A stretch of 64,000 nucleotides of DNA from an uncultured Actinomycetota bacterium (GCA_963822135.1 CAWGGI010000010.1:129674-193673), one strand, 5' to 3'. Shown: positions 48,323 through 56,835, numbered from the stretch's first letter. Notes: generated by a model from the letters alone, not told the origin. Made by a program: numbers and translations.

Positions 48323-49144
48323 ATGACCCGGTATGGAATGGTCATAGACGTCACCAAGTGTAACGGCTGCTACAACTGCTTCATCACCTGCAAGGACGAG
48401 CACTGCGAGATCGACCACAAGCCCTACGCGGTCGGCCAGCCTCTGACCGGTCAGACCTGGATGAAGGTCATCGAGAAGGAACGGGGTCGTTATCCCAAGG
48501 TCAAGGTCGACTACATCGCGATCCCCTGCATGCAGTGCGAGGACCCCGCGTGCGCCGTGGCCGATCCGAAAGCCGTCACCAAGCGGAAGGACGGCATCGT
48601 CATCATCGACCCGGGCAAGGCCGTCGGCAACAAGGACGTGGTCACTCACTGCCCCTACCGCGCGGTCTACTGGAACGAAGAGAAGCAGGTCGGGCAGAAA
48701 TGCACCTTCTGCGCCCACCTGCTCGACAAGGGCTGGAAGGAGCCCCGCTGCGTGGAGGCCTGTCCCACCGGCGCCTTGATCTTCGGTGACCTCGACGATC
48801 CCAACAGCGAGGTGGCCACGCTGGTCGCCTCCGGCAAGACCGAGGCCTTCGGTCCCTACGGACTGGAGGAGAAGGTCCGTTACATCGGTCTGCCCAAGGA
48901 GTTCGTGGCCGGTGCGGTGGTGTTCGGCGACAAGGACGAGTGCGCCAAGGGTGTGACCGTGACCCTGGTGGGCCCGGATGACGCCGCCGCCACGACCGTG
49001 ACCGACGGCTTCGGCGACTTCGAGTTCGAGGGCCTGCCGGCCAACACGGCCTACACGGTGAAGATCGCTGCTGCGGGCTACGCGGCGAAGGAGATCCCGG
49101 TCAAGACCTCCCGGTCGGTGTACCTGGGGGACATCATCCTGTAG
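48323..49144 (+). CDS. Fe-S subunit, transhydroxylase small-subunit (BthL)-like: three 4Fe-4S motifs plus a C-terminal Ig-like/carboxypeptidase-regulatory-like domain
   Basis: Intact 273 aa, starting 1 nt after the large subunit. CNGCYNCFITCKDEH, CMQCEDPAC, CTFCAHL...CVEACP. The tail GVTVTLVG..TDGFGDFEFEGLPANTAYTVKIAAAGY is a typical beta-sandwich. Confidence 0.75.
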   Translation: MTRYGMVIDVTKCNGCYNCFITCKDEHCEIDHKPYAVGQPLTGQTWMKVIEKERGRYPKVKVDYIAIPCMQCEDPACAVADPKAVTKRKDGIVIIDPGKAVGNKDVVTHCPYRAVYWNEEKQVGQKCTFCAHLLDKGWKEPRCVEACPTGALIFGDLDDPNSEVATLVASGKTEAFGPYGLEEKVRYIGLPKEFVAGAVVFGDKDECAKGVTVTLVGPDDAAATTVTDGFGDFEFEGLPANTAYTVKIAAAGYAAKEIPVKTSRSVYLGDIIL

Positions 49145-49171
49145 GACTACCGTTAGACGCGGTACCCAACC

Positions 49172-49219
49172 GGGCGCCGGGCCGCCGCCGAGAGGCGGCG
49201 CCCGGCGCCTGTCGTTTTT
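49172..49219 (+). terminator. rho-independent terminator
   Basis: GGGCGCCGGGCCGCCGCC-gaga-GGCGGCGCCCGGCGCC followed by TGTCGTTTTT, 28 nt after the stop. Confidence 0.75.
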
Positions 49220-49268
49220 CCCAGGACCTCCCTGCACGGATCGAGCGTCGGTTGCGTATAGTCTGGCC

Positions 49269-49731
49269 ATGACCACTATCTTCGTCGACGCCGATGCCTG
49301 TCCGGTCACGCGCGATGCCATCGCCGCGGCCCGATCTCGGTCGCTCCCCGTAGTGCTGGTCGCCAACCAGTCCCAGAACCTTTCTCGCTTTGCCGGACGC
49401 GCGGGGGTGGAGATCCTCCAGGTAGCGTCGGGACAGGACTCGGCGGATTTCGCCATGGTGCCCCGCCTGGCTCCGGGAGACGTCGTGGTGACAGGCGACA
49501 CCGGGCTTGCAGCCATGGCCCTGAGTCGAGGGTGCCGCGTCTTGAGTCCGCGAGGGCGCGAGTTTCTTGTCCGCAACCATCGATGCCGAACTGGCCATCC
49601 GTTATGCGGAGCAGCGCCATCGACGGGCGGGCGGCCGCACGACCGGACCCAGCCCCTTCCGCGAGGAAGATCGGGAACGGTTCCGAGAGGTGCTGACACG
49701 CCTGCTGGATGAGAGGGCCGACGCCGGCTGA
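49269..49731 (+). CDS. UPF0178 (YaiI/YqxD) family protein (1 frame change near 49570)
   Basis: MTTIFVDADACPV...LVANQSQ..VASGQDSADFAMV..GDVVVTGDTGLAA, then in the +1 frame IDAELAIRYAEQRHRRAGGRTTGPSPF. Confidence 0.7.
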
Positions 49732-50830
49732 TCGGGGGAGCTCCTCACGACCACGACGCAGCAGCCTACGACCGACCACGCAGCAGCCTACGACCACGGC
49801 GCAGGCTCCTGCGACCACGACTACGACGCAGCGGCCTACGACGACGACATTGGCGGCTAACACGTGGAGTGAACTCGGTCCTACTCCCCCGCCGCCCGCC
49901 AGCGTATATGGCTCGATGGTGTACGACTCTGTCCGCCATGTGGCCCTCTATTTTGGCGGTGAGCTTGCGGGGGGCTACTCCAACAGCACCTGGGCCTACG
50001 ATCCGGCCGCCAACACCTGGGCCGATCTGAAGCCCAGCGGCGTCGTTCCGTCCACCCGCAGCAACGCATCGATGGCCTACGACCCGATCGGGGACAGGTT
50101 CATCCTCTTCGGCGGGCAGGTGTACGAGCAGAAGAAGGATGAATCGGTTTGGTCCAATGACACCTGGGCCTACGATCCCGCCGCCAATACCTGGGCTGAG
50201 CTGAAGCCAAGCGGCGCTGTTCCCTCGCCCCGTTCAATGACCTCGCTGGTGTATGACCCGGCAGGCAAGAAGATGATCCTATTCGGTGGCGGGAACGGAC
50301 AGACGGCCTTCAACGACACCTGGACCTACGATCCGGCGGAAAACCGATGGACTGAGCTGGAGCCGAGCGGTTCACCGTCAAAATGCCTAGGATTTGCGAC
50401 GGCGTATGACCCTGCCCGCCGAGCGGTCCTCCTGTTTGGCGGCGAGGGCATGGAAGGGTACCTGAACGATACTTGGTCCTATGACCCGGCTGCAAACACG
50501 TGGACCGAATTGAAGCCCGTTGCCGCCCCCAGCGCCCGCTTCGGCTCCGCGATGGTCCACGACCCCGCCGGGAACAGGTTCATCCTTTTCGGCGGCGGAG
50601 TCTATGTCTCTAGGCTCGAAATGGAGTGCTTCGGCGACACTTGGTCCTATGACCCGGTGGCAAACACCTGGACGGAGCTGAAGCCCGATGCCGCCCCCAC
50701 CGCCCGCTTCGGTTCCGCTATGGTCTTTGATCCCGTGTCCGCTGTGGCCATCCTCTTTGGCGGCGCGGTCGTACAACTGAACGAGTCATCGATCTACGAC
50801 GACACTTGGTCCTTCTACCCCGGGGAGTAG
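49709..50830 (+). CDS. Kelch-repeat (beta-propeller) protein with Thr/Pro/Gln-rich N-terminal linker and no signal peptide
   Basis: Six repeats of the type (D/S)TW.YDPAANTW.ELKPSG..P..R...MVYDP...FILFGG. The first 23 nt overlap the yaiI end. Confidence 0.75.
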   Translation: MRGPTPADRGSSSRPRRSSLRPTTQQPTTTAQAPATTTTTQRPTTTTLAANTWSELGPTPPPPASVYGSMVYDSVRHVALYFGGELAGGYSNSTWAYDPAANTWADLKPSGVVPSTRSNASMAYDPIGDRFILFGGQVYEQKKDESVWSNDTWAYDPAANTWAELKPSGAVPSPRSMTSLVYDPAGKKMILFGGGNGQTAFNDTWTYDPAENRWTELEPSGSPSKCLGFATAYDPARRAVLLFGGEGMEGYLNDTWSYDPAANTWTELKPVAAPSARFGSAMVHDPAGNRFILFGGGVYVSRLEMECFGDTWSYDPVANTWTELKPDAAPTARFGSAMVFDPVSAVAILFGGAVVQLNESSIYDDTWSFYPGE

Positions 50831-51157
50831 CTGAAACATCGCGGAAGGAGCCGTACGCGTCGCCAGCTTTCTCACCCCTTCCCCAAACCTTGCGCGTAGG
50901 CTCGAGTCCCAACCGGGCCAAGATTCAGGACCCCTTCTGGCGCCCGTCGACCCGGTTTGCTAGTGTGCCAGTCGGAGAGGAGCAGCTAGGTCGGGATGAT
51001 CAGGTGGATCCGTCACAGGTAGACGAGGGGGAGGTCCCGGGGAGCCCCGTCCCGGAAGCTGACGCCTCGGACGCTAGCGCGGCCGAGGCTACCGCGGTAG
51101 AGGACACACTCGGAGGCGACACCGTCCCAGGGCGGGCGCTCGCGGAGCCGCGTTCCT

Positions 51158-51595
51158 TTGTGGGTGATCCTGGCGCTGGCCGGTCTGTTCGGCGGCGTCG
51201 TCGGCCTCGGCCTCTTCACTATCGACTATGCCTCTGGGGCGTCGTACCTGTCCAACGATCCCGAAGCATGCGCAAACTGCCACATCATGTGGGACCAATT
51301 CGACGGGTGGAATCGTGGTCCCCACCACACGGTCGCTACGTGCAACGATTGTCACGCGCCTCACGACAGCCTCATCCGCAAGTACGTGGTCAAGGCGATC
51401 AACGGGGTGAGGCACAGCTACGCGTTCACCACGGGCGACTTCCCGGAGCCCATCCGGATCACGCCCATGAATGAAGACATCGCGCGCGAGGCCTGCCTGT
51501 ATTGTCACGGCTCGCTGACGAACGATATCAACCACGCCGACACTGCAGGGCCCACCGACTGTCTGCGGTGTCACAGTGGTGTGGGCCACGGATGA
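51158..51595 (+). CDS. nrfH: cytochrome c nitrite reductase small subunit NrfH (NapC/NirT tetraheme)
   Basis: One TM segment (WVILALAGLFGGVVGLGLF) then four CxxCH motifs: CANCH, CNDCH, CLYCH, CLRCH. TTG start. An acidic upstream stretch in another frame (from GTG about 51004) could be an N-terminal extension if an indel is present. Confidence 0.85.
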   Translation: MWVILALAGLFGGVVGLGLFTIDYASGASYLSNDPEACANCHIMWDQFDGWNRGPHHTVATCNDCHAPHDSLIRKYVVKAINGVRHSYAFTTGDFPEPIRITPMNEDIAREACLYCHGSLTNDINHADTAGPTDCLRCHSGVGHG

Positions 51596-51628
51596 TAACG
51601 GGGACAGGGCGCCTGTGGAGGAGGAATC

Positions 51629-52927
51629 GTGAAGACTAAGCGTGTGTGGTTGTGGATCGGCGTGGCCTTCGTGGTCGGCCTTGTCCTTGCGGGGGGCATC
51701 GCCGCCGTGCTCACGAGTGTCCAGACGCACAAGAATGAGGAAGCGGTCGCGTCGATCACGGTCACACCGGTGGGCGATAAGGAGCTCGATCCGGCGGTCT
51801 GGGGGCAGAATTTCCCCCGCGAGTACGAGTCCTTCCAGCAGACCGAGATCGACGGCGTTGCGACGCCCTACGGCGGCTCCGACCCGATCGACAAGCTGGC
51901 GCGGTATCCAATCCTGAAGCGGATATGGGCCGGCAACGCGTTCAGCGTCGATTTCAACGAGGACCGCGGCCACTACTACGCGCTGATCGACCAGAAAGAG
52001 ACGGAGCGTCAGGAAGTCGTCAAGCAACCGGGCGCGTGCGCCAACTGCCACGCGGCCGAGGCGCCGCTCCTGATCGAGTCGATGGGCTGGGAAGCGTTCA
52101 ACTCGACGCCGTACAAGGAGCTCGAAGGGCAGCTGACCATGGGTTCGACGTGCCGCGACTGCCACGATCCGCAGACGATGGATCTCTGGATCAGCCGGCC
52201 CGCGTTCAAGAACGCGATGGCGGCGCGCGGGGTCGATCTCTCCCAGGCGACGCGGCAGGAGATGCGGACCTACGTCTGCGCGCAGTGCCACGTGGAGTAC
52301 TACTTCAAGGGAGACCAGAAGCTACTGACCTTCCCTTGGGACAAGGGCCTGCAGATCGAGAACATCAACCAGTTCTACGACGAGTACGGTTTCAAGGACT
52401 GGGTGCACAAGGAAACCGGCGCGCCGATGCTCAAGATGCAGCACCCCGAGTTCGAGATGTTCTCCACAAGCCTGCACTATCGCTCGGGAGTGTCCTGCGC
52501 GGACTGCCACATGCCGTACGTACGCGAGGGCGCGACCAAGGTCTCGGATCACTGGCTGCGCAGCCCCCTGACCAACGTGAACGCGGCCTGCGGGACGTGC
52601 CACAAGGAAGATGAGCAGGCGCTGAAGGACCGGATCGCCGTGATCCAGGACAACACTGCCCAGCTTCTCCGCACGACCGAAGGGGCTCTGGAAGCCGCGA
52701 TCGATGCGCTGGCGAAGGCCAAGGCCGGCGGATTCACCGACGATCAGTTGAAGGAGGCGCAGAACTTCCACCGCCAGGCGTCGATGCGGTATGACTTCGT
52801 CATGTCGGAGAATTCCACCGGGTTCCATAGCCCGCAGGAGTCCGCCCGGGTGCTGGGGAACGCGATCGACCTCGCGCGGCAGGCCCAGATCACGGCTGAA
52901 CGCCTGATGGCGGCCGCTCAGCAATAA
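51629..52927 (+). CDS. nrfA: pentaheme cytochrome c nitrite reductase NrfA (CxxCH at heme 1)
   Basis: GTG follows GGAGGAGG. N-terminal TM anchor. Heme motifs are CANCH, CRDCH, CAQCH(VEYYF), CADCH, CGTCH. KMQHPEFEMF matches the NrfA Ca-site region. No CxxCK is present. Confidence 0.9.
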   Translation: MKTKRVWLWIGVAFVVGLVLAGGIAAVLTSVQTHKNEEAVASITVTPVGDKELDPAVWGQNFPREYESFQQTEIDGVATPYGGSDPIDKLARYPILKRIWAGNAFSVDFNEDRGHYYALIDQKETERQEVVKQPGACANCHAAEAPLLIESMGWEAFNSTPYKELEGQLTMGSTCRDCHDPQTMDLWISRPAFKNAMAARGVDLSQATRQEMRTYVCAQCHVEYYFKGDQKLLTFPWDKGLQIENINQFYDEYGFKDWVHKETGAPMLKMQHPEFEMFSTSLHYRSGVSCADCHMPYVREGATKVSDHWLRSPLTNVNAACGTCHKEDEQALKDRIAVIQDNTAQLLRTTEGALEAAIDALAKAKAGGFTDDQLKEAQNFHRQASMRYDFVMSENSTGFHSPQESARVLGNAIDLARQAQITAERLMAAAQQ

Positions 52928-52986
52928 GACCCTGCGCGCGTCCGGGACAGGGACTGCCGATACGTGCACGAGTAGAAGGAACGGGA

Positions 52987-53769
52987 ATGACTCAGAGATT
53001 CAGCGGCAAAGTGGCACTTGTGACCGGCGGCGCGTCCGGTATCGGGCGGGCGGGCGCGTTGTTGTTTGCCCGGGAGGGAGCCCAGGTGGTGGTATCCACC
53101 GACGCCAACCGCCTGGGCTGCGAAGAGACCTGCGACATGATCGCCGACGCCGGCGGGGAAGCCTCGTACGTCCAGTGCGACGTCTCCAAGGAAGCCGACG
53201 TGAAGGCGCTGGTGGAGGAGTGCATCCGGCGGCATGGCCGGCTGGACTTCGCCTTCAACAACGCCGGCATCGGACCCGACGGCAAACGCGTGCCCGTCGT
53301 GCCGATCGTGGATATGCCCGAAGACCTCTGGGACCGCACGCTCGACATCAACCTCAAGGGCGTGTTTCTGTGCCTCAAGTATGAGCTGCGGCAGATGATC
53401 GCGCAGGGGTCCGGCGCCATCGTCAACACCTCATCCGTGGGGGCTCTGAAGCCCTTGCCGGGATTCTGCGCCTACGGCGCCAGCAAAGGGGGCCTCAACG
53501 TGCTCACCAAGACGGCGGCGCTGGAAGGGGCCGAGCACAACGTGCGGGTGAACACCATCATGCCCGGTCCCACACAGAATACGCTGCTCTTCGACTATCT
53601 CACCACGGCCGACCCGGCCATGAAGACCGACATGGAGAAGTCCGTCCCGCTGGGGCGCCTAGGCTTCGCTACCGACATGGCCGAAGCGGTGATCTGGCTG
53701 TGCTCCGATGCGGCGAACTTCATCACCGGACAGTGCATCGGCGTCGACGGGGGCCTCACAGCACGGTAG
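52987..53769 (+). CDS. SDR family oxidoreductase
   Basis: Intact 260 aa. GKVALVTGGASGIGRA, NNAGIG, YGASKGG (YxxxK), ITGQCIGVDGG. Close paralogue of 12667-13435. Confidence 0.85.
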   Translation: MTQRFSGKVALVTGGASGIGRAGALLFAREGAQVVVSTDANRLGCEETCDMIADAGGEASYVQCDVSKEADVKALVEECIRRHGRLDFAFNNAGIGPDGKRVPVVPIVDMPEDLWDRTLDINLKGVFLCLKYELRQMIAQGSGAIVNTSSVGALKPLPGFCAYGASKGGLNVLTKTAALEGAEHNVRVNTIMPGPTQNTLLFDYLTTADPAMKTDMEKSVPLGRLGFATDMAEAVIWLCSDAANFITGQCIGVDGGLTAR

Positions 53770-53814
53770 GCGCGTCGGTCCGGCAGACAAGACCGAGCGA
53801 CCGAAGGAGTCGAC

Positions 53815-54255
53815 ATGGCGGACAGCAGCACCAACAAGGACGTCGTCCTGCACTTCCTCACCGAAGTCTTCGTCAACCATGACATGACCCGGCTGGACGA
53901 ATACATGCGCGACGACTACATCCAGCACAATCCCGACTGTCCGCAGGGTAAGGCCGGCTTTGTGAAGTTCTTCGATGTCATCTTCCGGGCCATGCCGGAC
54001 TTTCGCTACCACGTAAGAGAGGTTGTGGCCGACGGTGACATGGTGATGGCCTGGGTCACGACGCAGGGCACCCACACCGGGAGCGAATTCCTGGGACAGG
54101 CGGCCGGCGGCAATCAGGTGAAGTTCGACGCAGTGGACATCTTCCGCATGCAGGACGGCCTCATAGCCGAGCACTGGGATGTAGCCGACACCTTCACCTT
54201 CTTCTCGCAGCTGGGCATCGTCCAGGGGGCGGAGGATCGGCAGAGGAAGGAGTGA
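53815..54255 (+). CDS. SnoaL-like / NTF2-fold protein (predicted ester cyclase family)
   Basis: Intact 146 aa. NKDVVLHFLTEVFVNHDMTRLDEYMRDDYIQHNP...DIFRMQDGLIAEHWDV. Confidence 0.7.
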   Translation: MADSSTNKDVVLHFLTEVFVNHDMTRLDEYMRDDYIQHNPDCPQGKAGFVKFFDVIFRAMPDFRYHVREVVADGDMVMAWVTTQGTHTGSEFLGQAAGGNQVKFDAVDIFRMQDGLIAEHWDVADTFTFFSQLGIVQGAEDRQRKE

Positions 54256-54259
54256 AACG

Positions 54260-55259
54260 GTGACCTTTTCGCCCTCACCCTCGTCTTCGGCGGCTCCGTC
54301 GCCCTTCGAGAGGTATGTCGTGAGGAGGCCTCTCGCGGAAGGCGGCTGTCCCGGCGTGCAGGGGCGCGATGCGTCACGGCGGGTGTTTCTGAGCGAGGCT
54401 CAGGTCCCAGGCTGCGGCCATTATCTGGACATGACCTGGATCGATTCGAGCTCGGAACCGGGCAGCTTCGCCACCGAAAGAGTGCTCGAGCACGACCAGC
54501 TCATATTGAGCATCGGGATGGACTGGCGGCGACCCCAGAAGCTCGGGGCCACGGCGGAGTTCTATCTCGGCGGACAGTCCATCGTCTTCAACACCACCAC
54601 GTCCCTCTTCATTCCCAAGGGCACGCCGTATGGGCCCCTGGGGTGGAAGGAGGTCAGGCTACCTTACGTGATGCTGTGCGCTGGTCTTCGGAAGCGGCGA
54701 GGAACCTGTCGGTCGGTGGTGGGACGCAGAGGCCGCCCGGGCGCACTCCGCGCCCCCCGTGCCCATCCCTGGGACGGCGGCCCCCGGCGCCGGCATCGAC
54801 TACGAGCAGTACGTCGTCCGCAGTCCGCTACGCGAGGCCGGTCCGGTGCACGTGGACGGCCGGCAGAACCCCACGATGACGTATCTGAGCGCGAATCAGA
54901 TCCCCGGGCTGAAGACGTACCTGGAGTTCGGGTGGATCTGGGACGTTCCCCAGCCGCCCATCCCCAAGATGCGCCACGATGACTTCGACGAGATCGTGGT
55001 GCACATCGGCAGCGACCCCGACTGTCCCGAGGACCTGGGCGGCATCCTGCAGTTCGGGGTGGGCGAGGATATGCTGGAGTTCGACACCACGCACTGCGCC
55101 TATCTGCCGCGAGGCCTGGACCACGGTCCCCTCGCGTGGACGGAGGTCCGTCGGCCGCTGATCGAGTTCGCCCTGATGCTGGGGGCCGGCACTCTGGCCG
55201 AGGGTTGGGCCAACAGCTTCTTCGACCTGCCCGACGGCGGGCGCCGAGGACCGAAATAG
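54260..55259 (+). CDS. bicupin-like protein of the uncharacterised cupin family (1 frame change near 54690)
   Basis: N-terminal half ..EHDQLILSIGMD..LFIPKGTPYGPLGW. C-terminal half (+1 frame) RHDDFDEIVVHIGSDPD..AYLPRGLDHGPLAW. Both halves are collinear with 13441-13869 and 55333-55818 but the metal ligands are partly replaced. Confidence 0.5.
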
Positions 55260-55332
55260 GAGCCGCGCGCGACCGGCTCGCTCGGCGCGCCGCATGAGCT
55301 GACCACCATGCCTGTGACTACGGAGGCTTGAG

Positions 55333-55818
55333 ATGAGCGACGAGGCCGGCGGATCGAAGTACGGCAAATACATCGTCACCGAGCGGAGGTTCGACTCCCG
55401 CGACGCGGCTCTGCCCCCGGGGGTGGATCCAGAAAGCATCACCAACACCGCTTCCCACCGCAAGATCATAGGCTTGGACGACTACGTGCTCAAAGGCTCC
55501 ATGTACACCGAGACGGTGTGGATGTGGCCGGGCGGCAGCGACATCTACCCCGAGACGGCCGAGCCCGCCTCCCACGCCCATGATTACGACGAGATCCTGG
55601 GGTTCTTCGGGACCGACTTCGCGGATCCCTATGATCTGGGCGGCGAGATCGAGCTGTGGATCGAGGACGAGAAGTTCCTGCTCACCAGGAGCAGCCTCAT
55701 CTTCATCCCCAAGGGCACCTACCACTGCCCGCTGGTGATCCATCGGGTGGACCGCCCGATCTTCCACTTCTCCTCGGGCCCGGGCGGCGCATACGCACAG
55801 GAGATGGCCGAGAAATGA
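55333..55818 (+). CDS. uncharacterised metal-binding cupin (paralogue of 13441-13869)
   Basis: Intact 161 aa. SHAHDYDEILGFFGTD (HxHxxxE), IFIPKGTYHCPLV, RVDRPIFHFSSGPG (compare RVDRPIFHFSTGTG in the paralogue). Confidence 0.6.
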   Translation: MSDEAGGSKYGKYIVTERRFDSRDAALPPGVDPESITNTASHRKIIGLDDYVLKGSMYTETVWMWPGGSDIYPETAEPASHAHDYDEILGFFGTDFADPYDLGGEIELWIEDEKFLLTRSSLIFIPKGTYHCPLVIHRVDRPIFHFSSGPGGAYAQEMAEK

Positions 55819-56730
55819 GCGACGACCGCCCCGACGGCCGCAGCCGCGCCGGCGACGGCGCGGGCCTGCAAGACGGCATCGGCGGCCCGGCCGCACCAGC
55901 GCTGGGCGTCCCTCCCATGACAACGCCCATCGGCGATCTTTCGAACCCTATGGACGTGGCGGGGAAGAACGTCGTGATCACAGGGGGGAGCGGGGGGATC
56001 GGGCTGGGTATCGCCCAGGCGTTCGCGCAGCGGGGAGCGCGGGTGGCCATCCTCGACGTGGATGTCGACGGGGGCAGGGCGGCGGCCGAGGGGCTTGCCG
56101 AGCGGGGGTCCGGCGAGGACGGTCCTCATCTCTCTGCCGCCTGCGATATCACCGACCGGAAGTCGGTCCGGGCGGCCGTGGACGCGGTGCTCGAGGCCTT
56201 CGGCCACATCGACATACTCGTGAACAACGCCGGCATCTCCGCGGTGAAGCCCTTTCTCGACATGGAAGACGACCTTCCCGAGTGGCACCGGGTCATCGAC
56301 GTGAACCTGCACGGCACCGCCAACATGACCCACGCCGTGGGCAACGCCATGCGGGCCGCCGGCCGGGGCGGGCTGATCATCAACATCTCCTCGGTGGGCG
56401 GGGCGACCTGCTCCGGGTCCAGAGAGATGCCCATGGTGGGATACGTGGCCTCGAAGGCGGCGCTCAACCATCTCACGCGGTCTTGGGCCATCGAGTTCGC
56501 CGAGTACGACATCCGCGTGAACTGCATCATGCCCGGTCCCACCCATTCCCGCCTGGACGCGCAACTCACTCCCGAGATGAGAGAGAGGAACAGTCCGCAG
56601 CATGCTCGACCGCCGGTGGGGCGAGCCGTTGGAGATCGGGGCGCTGTGCGTGTTCATGGCGTCGCCGGAGGGAGCGCATCTCGACGGGGTCGTGATTCAG
56701 CACGACGGCGGCTTCCTCTGCATCAACTGA
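55815..56730 (+). CDS. SDR family oxidoreductase (1 frame change near 56600)
   Basis: ATG 55815 overlaps the cupin stop (ATGA); the alternative start is ATG 55917. GKNVVITGGSGGIGLG, NNAGIS, YVASKAA (YxxxK), then in the +1 frame RRWGEPLEIGALCVFMASPEGAHLDGVVIQHDGG. Confidence 0.8.
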
Positions 56731-56835
56731 GCCGGCCGCCACGGCAGCGAGCCGGCGGCCCCAGCAGCGAGCCTGCCCTCGCGCCGGCAGTCGGCCGCGG
56801 CGCCGCAGGTCGGCCGCACCGGAGGCCGGACGCGG

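Noticed and set aside
45724-48357. Very long antisense ORFs opposite real genes: 877 aa at 45724-48357(-), 492 aa at 22553-24031(-), 528 aa at 25312-26898(-), 494 aa at 36882-38366(-), 485 aa at 16723-18180(-), 487 aa at 48236-49699(-).
   Set aside because: These are typical high-GC shadow ORFs. Their composition is Arg/Gly/Ala/Val/Pro/His-rich with no recognisable motifs. The opposite strand carries intact genes with strong family signatures and ribosome-binding sites.
50806-51474. A 222-aa ORF overlapping the nrfH upstream region and nrfH itself.
   Set aside because: Its 3' two-thirds are out of frame over the well-supported tetraheme NrfH. Only its acidic segment (about 51004-51150, VDPSQVDEGEVPGSPVPEADASD..) might be a genuine N-terminal extension of NrfH if an indel near 51150 is corrected, and that is not supportable as a separate gene.
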